64,000 nucleotides of DNA from an uncultured Acidobacteriota bacterium (GCA_963830815.1 CAWHNN010000004.1:34061-98060); one strand, 5' to 3'; numbered from the stretch's first letter, positions 10,768 to 22,171 are shown. Numbers and translations are program-made. The notes: generated from the letters alone by a model not told the origin.

Positions 10768-11196
10768 ATGCGCCGATCGAGTGTGATGTTCCTGTCCAGA
10801 GCCGTTCTGGTGGCCCTGGCTTTCGTCGGGTCAGCCTGTGATAACGGTCCCGATAACCCGGTCCTTCCGACACCGCCGGACATTACCGAGACGTTCACCG
10901 GCACCATCACTCTCAATGGTGCGGCGACGCACCCGTTCACGACGACAGCCGTCGGAAGGGCAACGGCTACGATTACCGCCATCACTCCGGCCGGGTCGTT
11001 CATTGGTTTCCAGCTGGGAACGTGGAGCGGTGCGGTATGCACGGCTGTGCTTTCGAACGATGCCGGAACGCAGGACAGCGTGCTCACGGCCGTAACCCAG
11101 TCGACCCTCACGCCTCTTTGCGTCCGAATCCACGACCCGAACGGTACGTTGACGGACAAGACCGTGGCCTACACGGTCTCAGTCGTCCATCCATAG
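10768..11196 (+). CDS. Hypothetical lipoprotein
   Basis: Signal peptide ending in lipobox-like GSA-C (ALAFVGSACDNG); Thr-rich beta-type body with two further Cys; TACAAT at 10725. Confidence 0.65.
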   Translation: MRRSSVMFLSRAVLVALAFVGSACDNGPDNPVLPTPPDITETFTGTITLNGAATHPFTTTAVGRATATITAITPAGSFIGFQLGTWSGAVCTAVLSNDAGTQDSVLTAVTQSTLTPLCVRIHDPNGTLTDKTVAYTVSVVHP

Positions 11197-11258
11197 CGTT
11201 CTTTCGTAGCGTCCGACGGCTATTGCGACGCGCGACTGAAGTCGCGCGCTACGGGTGT

Positions 11259-12524
11259 CTAGTCTTCCATTACCTCTTCCAGCCGGCGGCTTGGGCGGCG
11301 CAGGCCGACTCCGCGGCTCGACGATCGGATGAACTTCACGAGGTACTGCACCTCGGCACATCCGAGCGACGGGTCACGGTCGATCTGCGCCAGCGCCCGG
11401 CTGGTATTGGAGTGCAGGAGATAGCGGAACGCCTTGCGGAGCTGGTTGATCGAGTCCTTCGAAAACTTGCGACGCTCGAGGCCGATCGTGTTGATGCCGT
11501 AGATACGTGCTCGGTTGCCGACGGTCTTGGCAAACGGCAGCGCGTCCTTGGTGACGACGGAATATCCGCCGATGAAGGCGTGCAGTCCGACGCGGCAGAA
11601 CTGGTGCACGCCCGAGAAGGCGCTGACGGTCGCAAAATCCTCGACGGTGACGTGGCCGCCGAGCGTCGCGGCATTGCCGAAGATCGTCGAGTTGCCGATA
11701 TGGCAGTCGTGCGCCACGTGCGCGTAGGCCATGAAGACGTTGTTGTTGCCGATATCGGTCGTGCCGCCGCCGCCCGCGGTGCCGCGATGAATGGTCACGA
11801 ACTCGCGGAAGACGTTGCGGTGGCCGATGGTCAGCGTCGTCTTCTCGCCGCGGAACTTCAAGTCCTGCGGGATGAGGCCTATCGACGCGAACGGGAAAAT
11901 CGTGTTGCCGTCGCCGATCTCGGTCCAGCCGTCGACGATGCTGGAGGCGCCGACCTGGCAGTCGCGGCCTAGCCGGACATGTTCGCCGATAATCGCGTGC
12001 GGTCCGACTACCGAGCCCGGACCAATCCTGGCGCCCGGGTGGACCATCGCCGTCGGATCCACAGTGACGCCCGCCAGCTCGCCTGACACTTCGGCGGGAA
12101 CGATCGCCATCACGAGCTCGGCCTCGGCGACGACCGCTTCACCAATCGAAGCGACCGCGTGCGCGCGCGCCAGGGTGCGGCGCCGCGGCCCGAGCGTCAC
12201 CTCGAGGCGCAACCGATCGCCAGGCACCACCTGCCGACGGAACTTCGCGTCATCGACACCGCGCAGGTAGGCATGGCCCGATGGCTTGCCGTCAGGCCCC
12301 TGCACCAGGAGCAGCGTCGCGACCTGCGCCAGCGTCTCGATCATCAGGACGCCAGGCATCAAAGGCGTGCCGGGAAAATGCCCCTGGAAGAAGTCCTCGC
12401 CGACCGTGACGTTCTTGACGGCGACAAGGCGCTTGCCTGGCTCGTGCTCGGTGACCGCGTCGACGAGCATCGACGGATACCGATAGCACAGCCGGTCGAT
12501 CGAGCCGGAAATATTGAGGGGCAC
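11259..12524 (-). CDS. fabZ-lpxA: Fused FabZ dehydratase - LpxA UDP-GlcNAc acyltransferase
   Basis: N-terminal KNVT..FFQGHFP..PLMPGVLMIE..AQ and AKFRRQVVPGD; C-terminal hexapeptide repeats, PQDLKF, TIHRGT, AHVAHDC, VHQFCR; single 421-aa ORF. Confidence 0.9.
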   Translation of the reverse strand: MPLNISGSIDRLCYRYPSMLVDAVTEHEPGKRLVAVKNVTVGEDFFQGHFPGTPLMPGVLMIETLAQVATLLLVQGPDGKPSGHAYLRGVDDAKFRRQVVPGDRLRLEVTLGPRRRTLARAHAVASIGEAVVAEAELVMAIVPAEVSGELAGVTVDPTAMVHPGARIGPGSVVGPHAIIGEHVRLGRDCQVGASSIVDGWTEIGDGNTIFPFASIGLIPQDLKFRGEKTTLTIGHRNVFREFVTIHRGTAGGGGTTDIGNNNVFMAYAHVAHDCHIGNSTIFGNAATLGGHVTVEDFATVSAFSGVHQFCRVGLHAFIGGYSVVTKDALPFAKTVGNRARIYGINTIGLERRKFSKDSINQLRKAFRYLLHSNTSRALAQIDRDPSLGCAEVQYLVKFIRSSSRGVGLRRPSRRLEEVMED

Positions 12525-12546
12525 GGGGGAATTCTAGCGCGGATTG

Positions 12547-12692
12547 TCGTTCCGCGTTCAGGGTTCAGGGTTCAACGTTCGTGGTTCAGAATTCAACGTT
12601 CGGCGGCAAGTCTTGCCTCGAACATTGAACCGAACCCGGAACCTGAACCATGAACCTTGAACGCTGAACGTTGAACCGTGAACGACGAACCG
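12547..12692. repeat. Palindromic element of GGTTCAG-type heptamer arrays (about 8 forward and 11 inverted units)
   Basis: nnGTTCa units, central ggcaag-t-cttgcc, then tGAACnn units ending at the skp stop. Confidence 0.85.
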
Positions 12693-13358
12693 TTACTTCT
12701 TCGGCGCCGGCGCGGGCGCTGATTTGTTGGCGTCGAGCCGCTTGATCACTTCGTTGGTGAGGTCGAGACCCGTGTCGACCCAGACGGCGCCCGAGTTGGT
12801 GATGTCCACCAGCATGTGCAGCCCCTTCTCCTTGCCGATCTGCTCGAGCACGGGATTGAGCTTGCGCTGGAAGTCCACCTGCAGCTCGGCCTGCAGCGCC
12901 TGCGCGTCGGACTGCGCTTCCTGCTGCAGGAACTGCACTTCTCGCGTCAGCTTGTCCACTTCCTTCTCGAGAGACAGGCGCGCCGAGTCGTTCATGATTC
13001 CGGCGCTCGTCTGCTGCTTGCTCTTGGCCGATTCGAGCTGCTTGTTCTTCTCGGTGATTTCGGCCACCTTCTTCTTTTGCAGCTCCTGGATCCGGCCGCT
13101 CGCGGCCTTGCCCTCGACCGAGTTCGCGGCGATGGCCTGGATATCGACGTAGGCGACCTTGGCGCCTTCGGGATACGGTCGGGGCGCCTCGGCCGGCTTG
13201 GGCGCGGGGGCGGCAGCCGCCGGCGTCTGGGGCGGAGGGGTCGCCGTGGCCGGGGGCGTCTGCGCTGGCGGCTTGGCCGGCGGCGTCTGCGCCAGGACCG
13301 AGCCGATCATCAGCACGCTCACCGCACTCGCAACCATCAGATGTCTCAACACTCTCAT
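12693..13358 (-). CDS. skp: OmpH/Skp periplasmic chaperone
   Basis: Signal peptide, Pro/Ala linker, KVAYVDIQ, coiled coil, DLTNEVIKRL; directly downstream of bamA. Confidence 0.9.
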   Translation of the reverse strand: MRVLRHLMVASAVSVLMIGSVLAQTPPAKPPAQTPPATATPPPQTPAAAAPAPKPAEAPRPYPEGAKVAYVDIQAIAANSVEGKAASGRIQELQKKKVAEITEKNKQLESAKSKQQTSAGIMNDSARLSLEKEVDKLTREVQFLQQEAQSDAQALQAELQVDFQRKLNPVLEQIGKEKGLHMLVDITNSGAVWVDTGLDLTNEVIKRLDANKSAPAPAPKK

Positions 13359-13380
13359 GAACTAATTCCTTTTGATAATG

Positions 13381-13405
13381 GCTCTCAGCTGTCAGCTCTC
13401 AAGCT
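13381..13405. repeat. Short GCTCTCA-type heptamer array
   Basis: gctctca gctgtca gctctca agct. Confidence 0.45.
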
Positions 13406-13525
13406 AACTGCCCGTCGAGTCTGCCCGCCAAAGACGAGCTAACTATTTTAACGCAATCTCCGACTCCCACCGCCGTTGCCCGGGACTCGCAGCCAAAAGC
13501 CCATTGGCTGCTCGTTGACAGCTCC

Positions 13526-16316
13526 CTAGAACGTCGACCCAACGGCGAACCGGAACTTCCACTTCTTCTCGGGCTGAAGGTTGTTGTCCAGCACGCCCCC
13601 GCGCGATGGGTTGGCGGCGAAGATCAGGCGGAACGGCACGTTGAGCACCGGCATGAAGAAGCGGATTTCGGCGCCCGTCGACGTCTTGAACGCGCTCATC
13701 TCGCCGAGCGAGGTGAGCTCCGGCGGGAACGGCGGCAGGTACGGGTTCCCAGGAATCTGATAGAAGTCGCTCGGATCCGGGATGAGCGCGCCGGGATACG
13801 TGATGTTGGTAATCGGCATCTTCCACGAGAGATTCTCGCCTACGGCCCGGACCTGCCCCGCATCGTAGAAAAGCACCAGCCGCACCGGGCCGGCAATGGT
13901 GATCAGGTACTCGACGTTGAACAACAGACTCTTGTTTCCGCCGAGAACGAGTCCGGTCGTCGGATCACGCGGACCCACTGACCGGAGGTCGAATCCGCGC
14001 ATGCTGTACTCGCCGCCGAGGAACAGCCGCTCGAAGATGGGAAGCGCAATTGTGCTGCCGTACGGCTTGATGTATTCGCCCTGCGCACGGAGCCCGATGG
14101 ACGTGCGGCGCTTGGCGCCAATCGGCTTGTACCAAATGCCTTCCGCCCGAGGATTCACGAAATTCGTGTTGCCGCCGAGACCCGCCCAATCCATCGACAG
14201 CGTGTAGCGCGTTCCGGAGGTCGGGAAGATCGGGTGATCGACCGTGTTGTAGACGAAGCTCGGACCAAGCTTGCTGATGATCCGTTTGCCACCCTCACCG
14301 ATGAGCAGCGAGTCCGCCAGGAACGGATTGCCGTTGAGCACGAGCGGATCTTTGTAGAGCGGGTTGAGATCCTTGACCTCGACCTGCTCCAGCGAGTAGT
14401 TCATGAACATGCGCGCGTACGGCATCACCTGGAAGCCGAACACCAAGTTGCCGCCGAGCGACGCCTGCGTGAACTGGCCCTCGTAGCGGATTTCGCGGGC
14501 GAAGATGTCGACGCCCGCCGTCATCGGGCGGTCGAAGAGGAACGGCTCGGTGAAGGCGAGCTGATAGTTCTTGGCGCGGTTCCCCTGCTGCGCCGTGGCG
14601 CTGAACGTTTCGCCGCGGCCGAGGAAGTTCGACGTCTGGAACGACAGCTGGCCGAAGAAGCCATCGAACTGCGAGACGCCGGCGCCGAACGTCAGCTGGT
14701 TGCGATTCTGCTCCTCGAACTTGAGGCCGATGTCGACCTTGTTGTCGGCGTTCGGCGTCTTCTGGACGTCGACAGCTTCGCCTTCGAGCGGCTTGAAGTA
14801 ACCAAGCTGATTCAGGCGCTTGACGCTGTCCTTCAACGCCTGCGTGTTGAAGACTCCAGCCTCGACGACGCGGAGCTCCCGGCGGATGACGTTGTCGCGC
14901 GTGGTCGTATTGCCCGTAAACGTGATGCGGTTGACGAAGTACCTGCTTCCCTTCATCCACCCGCATCGTCACGTCGACGAGCGGCATGCCGTTCTTGGCA
15001 TTGACGGGCGGCGCGGCGGCATCGGCAGCGGCGGGCGCGGGCGGCCCGGTTGGCGCCGGCGGACCATTGGCGCCGTCAGGAGCGCCTTCCTTCGGCACGT
15101 CGCGTGGCTGCAAATCGGGATAGGCCGTGAACTCGAAGTAGCCGCCCGACCCGTAGAGCTCCTGCGCCTTCTCGAGACCCTTCTTGACCTTCTTCTGGCT
15201 GTAGACTTCGCCGCCTTCGACACGGAACAGCGGCCGCAGGGCTTCGGAGTTGACGACCTTGTTGCCCTCGAACTTGAAGTCCCCGACCGCGTACTGCCTG
15301 CCTTCGGTGATCGGCACCTGCAGCTGTACCCAGCGCGTTTTGCCGTCCTTCGAATCCTCGAGGGTCTTCATCTGCGGCTGACCCACCTGGGCCATGATGT
15401 AACCCTCGTCGCGGTAGTAGTCGGTGATGAGCTGCGCGTCTTCCGCGAACTTGTCTTCCTTGTACGTGCCGCCGCCGGTGATGAAGCCGAAGAAGCCCTT
15501 CTGCTTGTTCTCCTTCATCTTCCGCGAGAGCTTGCCGTCGGCAATCGCCTTGTTGCCAACGAAGTCGATCTCTTCAATCTTGACCTTGGGGCCTTCGGTG
15601 ACGTGGAACGTGACGTGCACGAGCTTCGTCCCGCCCTCGACGTTCTTGATCTCGGGAGTGATCTCGGCGAACTGATATCCCTCGGCCGCGTAGAGCTCGC
15701 GGACGACCGTCGTCACACGCTTGATGAGACCGGGATCGATGAACGAGTCGAGGCGGATGGTGATGCTCTTCTCTTTCAGCTTCTCTTCGATCTTCGACTG
15801 ATCGACCTTCTTCAGGCCCTCGTAGTCGACGATCTTGACCCGCTGCCGCTCTTCCATGTCATAGACAACGAGCTTGCCGATGACGCCGTTCGTGAAGCGA
15901 TAGTCCTCGACGCGAATCGCCAGGTCGTCGAGAAAGTTCGTTGCCCACAGCCGCTTGAAGTCCTCGCGGATGACCTGCTCGACGGATTCGTCGTACGGCA
16001 CCCACCTCCCGGTCTGGGAGTTGCTGATGCGCGACTTCATCTCGATGTAATAGAGGTAGGTATTGGCCTCCACCGTCGAATAGCCGCCCTGCTTCTCGAA
16101 GCAGGGAACGATCTGGTAGACCACGGGGCCGGAACCGGCCGGTGGCAGCGTCCGTGGCGCCGGGACCGGCTGTCCGCACACGGTCTGTCCGGCTTGTGGC
16201 GGCGCCGGGGCCAAAGCGGCCGCGGCGGGTGCCGACGGCGTTTGCGCAGGCGGAGTCTGAGCCCGCGCGGCAGCGGCAGCCGTCAGCGCAGCGAAGAAAA
16301 ACAGCAGCAGACGCAT
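13526..16316 (-). CDS. bamA: Outer membrane protein assembly factor BamA (indel near 14950)
   Basis: Signal peptide, five POTRA-like units, GNTTTRDNVIRRE, NFLGRG, FLGGEYSMRGF, C-terminal FRFAVGSTF. Confidence 0.95.
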
Positions 16317-16540
16317 AGTCGAACGTTGATTCACTTGAAACAGGCAGAGCGGACCCGGCAGCGGTCTCCTCCCCGCCGGGGCTGACAACCTGACGAGTTT
16401 ACTGGATTTTAGACGCGCAAGGCCACTCATCGGCCTTACCGGAGCCTCGTCGGGGCAACCGGTGGCGCTCGGAGTCAGGCGTCCGCCGGTCGTCTCTTGG
16501 CGTGGCGCTTGGCGGCCCTGGCGGCAGTCGTGACGGCGGC

Positions 16541-18976
16541 TCAGGACAGCCGGCGGCCTGCGAGAGCCTCTCCAGCGGGTCGGTACGACAATGTGCCGCC
16601 GTCGAGGTAGACCTCGATTTCACCGTCTTTGAGGTGCCCGCGGATGAGCTCCTCGGAGAGCGGATCTTCGATGTAGCGCTGAATCGCGCGGCGGAGGGGC
16701 CGCGCGCCGTACGACCGGTCCTTGCACGTCTGCTCGATAATCCAGTCGACGACTTCCGGCGCGAGCAGCAGCCGAATCTTGCGGTCGACGAGGTTGTCGT
16801 TCAGCTGCTTGACGAGGAGATTTGTAATCGTGCGGAGGTCGTCGTCTGAAAGCGCCTCGAACACGATGATTTCATCGATACGGTTGATGAACTCGGGGTT
16901 GAAGGTCTTGCGGACCTCGCCGAGCACCATATCGTTCACGCTGCGGTTGATTGCGCCCGTATCAGACGCCTGGAAGCCCATCGACGCCTTCTTCTGGATG
17001 AAGCGGGCGCCGATGTTCGACGTCATGATGATGATGGCGTTCTTGAAGTTCACCCGGTTGCCGAGGCCATCCGTGAGGTGGCCGTCCTCGAACACCTGCA
17101 ACAGGATGTTGAAGAGATCCGGGTGCGCCTTCTCGATCTCGTCGAGGAGGATGACCGAATAGGGATTGCGCTTCACCTTTTCGGTGAGCTGCCCACCCTC
17201 TTCGTGGCCGACGTATCCGGGCGGCGAGCCGATCAACTTCGACACGGAGTGCTTCTCCATGTACTCCGACATGTCGAAGCGAATCAGCGCGTGGTCGCTG
17301 CCGAAGAGGAAGTTCGCCAGCGCCCGGGCGAGCTCGGTCTTGCCGACGCCGGTCGGACCGAGGAATACGAAGCTGCCGACCGGGCGGTTCGGGTTCTTCA
17401 ACCCGGCGCGGGAGCGGCGAATCGCGCGCGACAGCGCCGAAATCGCCTTCTCCTGCGAGATGACACGCTTGTGCAGCGCATCTTCCATGTGCAGGAGCTT
17501 GTCGCCCTCGTCCTGGTTGATCGAGGTCAACGGCACGCCGGTCCACTTCGAGACGACCTCGTCGATCTCGGCCTTGCCGACGACCACGCGGCGCGTGCTC
17601 GACTTGACGTCGAACTTCTCGCGGACAAACTGCAGGTTCTCGCGCGCCTGCACTTCCTGCTCGCGGTAGAACTGCGCCTTCTCGAAATTCTTCTCCGAGA
17701 CCGCCGTCTCCATCTGTTCGACGGCGACGCGGATGCTCTTGTTGATCTCGCCGAATTCTTCGCTGTAGCCGGCCTCGCGCAGCTTGGCGCGGGCGCCGGC
17801 CTCGTCCACGAGATCGATCGCCTTGTCCGGCAGGAACCGATCGGTGATGTAACGGCTCGACTGGTAGACCGCGGCTTCGATCGCCTCGGTGGTGTATTCG
17901 ACGTGATGGAAGGACTCGTAGCGGTCCTTCACCCCGAGGAGCACTTCGATCGTTTCTTTTTCGGTCGGAGGGTCGACCTTGATCGCCTGGAAGCGGCGTT
18001 CGAGCGACCGATCCTTCTCGATGTACTTCGCGGTACTCGGCGGGAGTCGTCGCGCCGATGCAGCGAATCTCGCCGCGCGACAGCGCCGGCTTGAGGATGT
18101 TCGCGGCGTCGAGCGAACCTTCGGCGGACCCGGCGCCGACGAGCGTGTGCAGCTCGTCGATGAACACGATGATGTTCGGGTTCTCGGTCAGCTCCTTCAT
18201 GATCGCCTTGAGGCGCTCTTCGAACTGACCGCGGTATTCGTCCCGGCAACAATCAGCGAGATGTCGAGCGCGAGGATGCGCTTGTCGGCGAGGAAGTGCG
18301 GCACGTCCCCGTAGACGATCTTCTGCGACAGGCCCTCGACGATGGCCGTCTTGCCGACGCCGGGCTCGCCGATGAGCACGGCGTTGTTCTTCGTGCGGCG
18401 GCAGAGCACCTGCTGGACGCGCTCGATCTCGATGTGGCGGCCGACGAGCGGGTCGAGCTGGTTCTTCATCGCCGCGTCGGTGAGGTCGCGGCTGAACTCG
18501 GCGAGGAGCGGCGTTTCCTTGACGCGGGTGAGCGTCGTTTTCTCGTTCAGGAGCGCGACGATATCCTCGCGGACCGTGTTGAGGCGCATCCCCTTTTCCA
18601 TGAGGATGGTCGCGGCAACCGAGCGCTCTTCGCGCAGGATGCCCAGGAGCAGGTGCTCCGTCCCGATGTAGTTGTGCAGCAGACGGTCGGCTTCTTCGGC
18701 GGCGTAATTCAGTACGCGCTTGGTCTCGGCGCTGAAGGGAATCTCGACCGAGGTCGAGACCTTCTCGCGAAACACGGTCCGGCCTTCGATTTCCTTGCGA
18801 ATGCTTTCGAGAGAGAGATGCGAGCGGGCAAAGATGCGGCTGGTCAAGCCCTTGCCTTCGCGGATCAGTCCAAGGAGGAGGTGCTCGGTTTCAATCGAAA
18901 TGCTGCCGAGCTGACTCGCCTCGTACCGGGCGAAGAAGAGAACCCGCCGCGCTCGTTCCGTGTAGCGTTCGAACAT
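16541..18976 (-). CDS. clpC: ATP-dependent Clp protease ATP-binding subunit (ClpC-type), split by indels at 18030-18240
   Basis: [39 protein letters not shown]-like middle coil, [11 protein letters not shown] ClpP-docking loop, YGARPLRR. Confidence 0.93.
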
Positions 18977-19015
18977 CCGGGTTACCTATGGTTTATCGGG
19001 TTGTAACCTGCATTC

Positions 19016-19021
19016 ATTATA
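19016..19021 (-). promoter_or_regulatory. Consensus -10 box (TATAAT) upstream of clpC
   Basis: attata on + strand, 39 nt upstream of the clpC ATG; no clear -35. Confidence 0.5.
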
Positions 19022-19236
19022 CGACAGCGCTTGCGCGATCCGTTACGGCTAAGTGAGGCGTTCTACGGCAGTTAGTCGCCGTGACGAGCTCGTAACGGGT
19101 AAAAATGACATGCCAATGAGCCTCGGTCTCGGGGCGAGCGCTCGCCGATCCAACGCGATGTATGTCGAAGGGCCGGATGCCGGATAAGTTGAAGGCAGGG
19201 ATTCCCCGGGAGGTAGAAGAGGCGGGCCGGCCGTGA

Positions 19237-19266
19237 TGCGAAGTGCGATACCGATCGCACTCCGCA
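19237..19266 (-). terminator. Stem-loop downstream of the small secreted protein gene
   Basis: tgcg-a-agtgcgat-accg-atcgcact-c-cgca; no clear U-tract. Confidence 0.4.
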
Positions 19267-19291
19267 ACCTGGCGCGTCTTACAGGACTGGC

Positions 19292-19651
19292 TTACTTGGT
19301 CACCGGCTTGTGCAGGCGCACTTCCGTCGCGACCTTCGTCGCCTCGTCGTACTTCGCCATCACCGAATCGCCGGCCTTCACGAAGTCCACGATCTGCGCC
19401 GGCTTCTTGTCGTCCTTCATCTTCGCGTCCTTGGTGCCGGCGCCGGTGCCGACCACCCTGGTCTTGCTGTCGACCGTCAGCTTGATCTCGGCGTCCTTCT
19501 CCTTGATCGTGATCGAGTCGGAGGCAACCGCCGATACCGTTCCGTTGACCGTCTTCTCTGCCGCCGCCGCGTGCAGGCTCACCGATGGCGACACCAGTAC
19601 CGCGGTAAGAAAAAGAGCTCCCATCGATGCTGCAACCAACCGTTTCATCAC
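19292..19651 (-). CDS. Small secreted OB-fold-like (DUF5666-like) protein
   Basis: Signal peptide, GTVSAVASDSITIK, VDSKTRVV, VKAGDSV..Y..ATEVR; AGGAGG RBS. Confidence 0.7.
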   Translation of the reverse strand: MMKRLVAASMGALFLTAVLVSPSVSLHAAAAEKTVNGTVSAVASDSITIKEKDAEIKLTVDSKTRVVGTGAGTKDAKMKDDKKPAQIVDFVKAGDSVMAKYDEATKVATEVRLHKPVTK

Positions 19652-19754
19652 ACCCTCCTGAACGTTATGAACTTCGCCAGCGTCCCTCTACCGCTCTTAC
19701 GGCGCGGAACCATTCGGCGTTCCATGTGCCGAGCTGACGCGGGTACAGGGTGTA

Positions 19755-20156
19755 TCACGATTCGACGATCGCTTCGGCTTCAATTTCGACGAGCATGTCG
19801 GGATCGATCAGCCGGCTGACCTCCACCATCGTCGTCGCCGGGCGAATTCCGCCAAACACTTCGCCGTGCGCGCGGCCGATGACCTCCCAGTCGCGAATGA
19901 TATTGGTGACGTACATTCTTGTACGCACGACGTGGCGCAGCGACGCGCCGGCGCTCTCGAGCGCGCGCTCGATGGTCGCCAGCGCCTGAATCGTCTGCGC
20001 TCGCGCATCCCCCTTGCCAACGAGGCTGCCGTCTTCGGCAATGGCCGTCGTACCCGAGACGTGGACGACATTCCCGACACGCACGGCCCGCGAATAGCCG
20101 ACGAGGGGCTCCCACTTGAAACCGGTCGAAATATTCTGGCGTCCGGACATCGTCAT
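19755..20156 (-). CDS. RidA/YjgF family protein
   Basis: [49 protein letters not shown] overlap with lolD. Confidence 0.9.
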   Translation of the reverse strand: MTMSGRQNISTGFKWEPLVGYSRAVRVGNVVHVSGTTAIAEDGSLVGKGDARAQTIQALATIERALESAGASLRHVVRTRMYVTNIIRDWEVIGRAHGEVFGGIRPATTMVEVSRLIDPDMLVEIEAEAIVES

Positions 20157-20827
20157 ACTCCTCTCAACCTGCCGTCTTCCAGGCGAAGAATTCGATCGCA
20201 TGCCGCCGCGAGCTTGGGATTGTGCGTCGCGATGACCGACGTCAACCCCTGCTCGAGGTGCATCTCTTTCAGGAGATCGTGCAGCGTTTCCGCTGTGTGC
20301 TCGTCGAGATCGCCGGTGGGCTCGTCGGCGAGGAGCAGCGTCGGGCGCATCACCAGCGCGCGCGCGATCGCGACGCGCTGCTGTTCGCCGCCAGACAACA
20401 TTCCCGGCCGATGCTCCAGCCGCGCGGCCAGCCCGACTCGCTCGAGGAGCAGCGTCGCGCGCTGCCGGCACTCGGCGTGCGGCCGGCGCGCAATCCGCAG
20501 CGGCATCTCGGCATTCTCGGCCGCCGTGAACTCCGGCAGCAGGTGGTGAAACTGAAAGACGAAGCCGACGTGCTGATTGCGGAACGCCACCAGCGCCGCA
20601 TCCGACATGCTCCCGAGCTCGACGTCGCCGATCCGGACGGTCCCGGCGTCGACCGCATCGAGGCCGCCGAGCACGTGCAGCAGCGTGCTCTTGCCGACCC
20701 CGGATGCTCCCACGACGGCAACCATCTCGCCGCGCTCGAGCGTGAGGTCGAGGTCCTTGAGCACGGTCAGCGGCTTCTCGCCGACGACATAACTCTTCGA
20801 GAGCCCGGAGACGGAGATGAAAGGCAT
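20153..20827 (-). CDS. lolD: Lipoprotein-releasing ABC transporter ATPase
   Basis: [36 protein letters not shown]. Confidence 0.9.
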   Translation of the reverse strand: MPFISVSGLSKSYVVGEKPLTVLKDLDLTLERGEMVAVVGASGVGKSTLLHVLGGLDAVDAGTVRIGDVELGSMSDAALVAFRNQHVGFVFQFHHLLPEFTAAENAEMPLRIARRPHAECRQRATLLLERVGLAARLEHRPGMLSGGEQQRVAIARALVMRPTLLLADEPTGDLDEHTAETLHDLLKEMHLEQGLTSVIATHNPKLAAACDRILRLEDGRLRGV

Positions 20828-20831
20828 ATTT

Positions 20832-20924
20832 CAGTCGTCGGTCGTCAGTCTTCAGTCGCAGTCGTCAGTCGGCAGTCGTCAGTCGGCAGTCGGCAGTCGG
20901 CAGTCGGCAGTCGGCAGTCGGCAG
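20832..20924. repeat. CAGTCGG/CAGTCGT heptamer tandem array (13 units)
   Basis: Read directly; fills the lolE-lolD spacer. Confidence 0.9.
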
Positions 20925-20929
20925 CGCGT

Positions 20930-22168
20930 CTATTGATACCGCAGCGCCTGCGCCGGATCCAGCTTCGAGGCCTGCCGCGACGGGTAGATCGTTGCCACGA
21001 AGCACACCAGAATCGCCGCCACCATGACGACGGCGAAATCGAACGGGAGCAGCCGGAACGGCACGTGCGAGATCTGGTAGACGTCGATGTTGACGCGAAT
21101 CAGCTGGTAGTGGTCGAGCACGTAGATGAGCGCACAGCCGCCGGCCGCGCCAACGACCGTGCCGACGGTTCCAATCACCAGGCCCTGGAACATGAAGATG
21201 CGCCGAATGCTCGCCGCCGAACTGCCCATCGTCTTCAGGATGGCGATGTCCCGCGTCTTCTCCATGACCAGCAGCACGAGCGACGCGATGATGTTGAGGG
21301 CGGCGACCATCACGATGAGGCCGATGGTGATGGACATCGCCATCTTCTCTAACCACAGCGCCGAGAAGAGCGACTTGTTCATCTCCTGCCAGTCGTCGGC
21401 CTGATACTCAGACCCGAGTTGCGCCGGGAATGCCGTGCGCGACCTGCTGCGCGGCGAACAGCTCATCCACCTTGATCTCGATGAAGTCCGGGCGGCCGCG
21501 ATCGAGGAACTTCTCCGCGACATTGAGGTGGATGTAGCCGTAGGCGTTGTCGAACTCGAAGAGACCGAGATTGAACGTCCCGACCAGCTTGAAGAAACGG
21601 CTCCCCGGAAGCAGACCGAGCGGGCTGAGCGGGCCTTCCGGCACCACGATTTCCACGCTGTCGCCGAGCCGCACGCCAAGCTTTTTCGCGAGATCGCCGC
21701 CGAGGACGATCCCCGCCATCACGCCTTGCGCCGGCGTCAGCGCGTTCAGATCTCCCGATGTCATCGAGCGCGCGACGTTGGTCACGCTGGGCTCGAGGTC
21801 TGGCGCGATGCCCTTGATCGTCATGAACTCCGGTCGCGCCAGCGCTCTTGATCAGCCCCTGCCCAATACGACCGGCGCCGCGCCGACGACGTGCGGCAGC
21901 GCCCGCACCTTCTTGACCTCTTCGTCAATCCCGCCGGACATCGTCTAACCCGCCGGCCTTGTAGACGATAGATGTGCGCCGTGGACCCGACGATGCGATC
22001 GCGAAGCTCGCCCTGCAGACCGGTCATCAGCGCCAGCACGATCAGCAGCGCCATCACGCCGACGGCGACGCCGACGGCGGAGATGAGCGAGATGAGCGAG
22101 ATGAACGCCTGCTTCCTGCGCGCCAGCAGGTAGCGAACGGCGATGAAGAGCTCGAAGGGAAGATCCAT
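20930..22168 (-). CDS. lolE: Lipoprotein-releasing ABC transporter permease LolC/E (several indels)
   Basis: FELFIAVRYL..RKQAFISLIS, DWQEMNKSLFSAL, EKTRDIAILKTMG, YPSRQASKLDPAQALRYQ. Confidence 0.88.
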
Positions 22169-22171
22169 AGC

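Noticed and set aside
18977..19290. Possible tRNA/ncRNA in the clpC upstream spacer
   Set aside because: No cloverleaf or T-loop signature; only a -10 box, a GGTTAC/GTAACC short inverted repeat and one hairpin.
20832..20924. Possible CRISPR array
   Set aside because: Units are contiguous 7-mers with no unique spacers, and there are no cas genes in the window.
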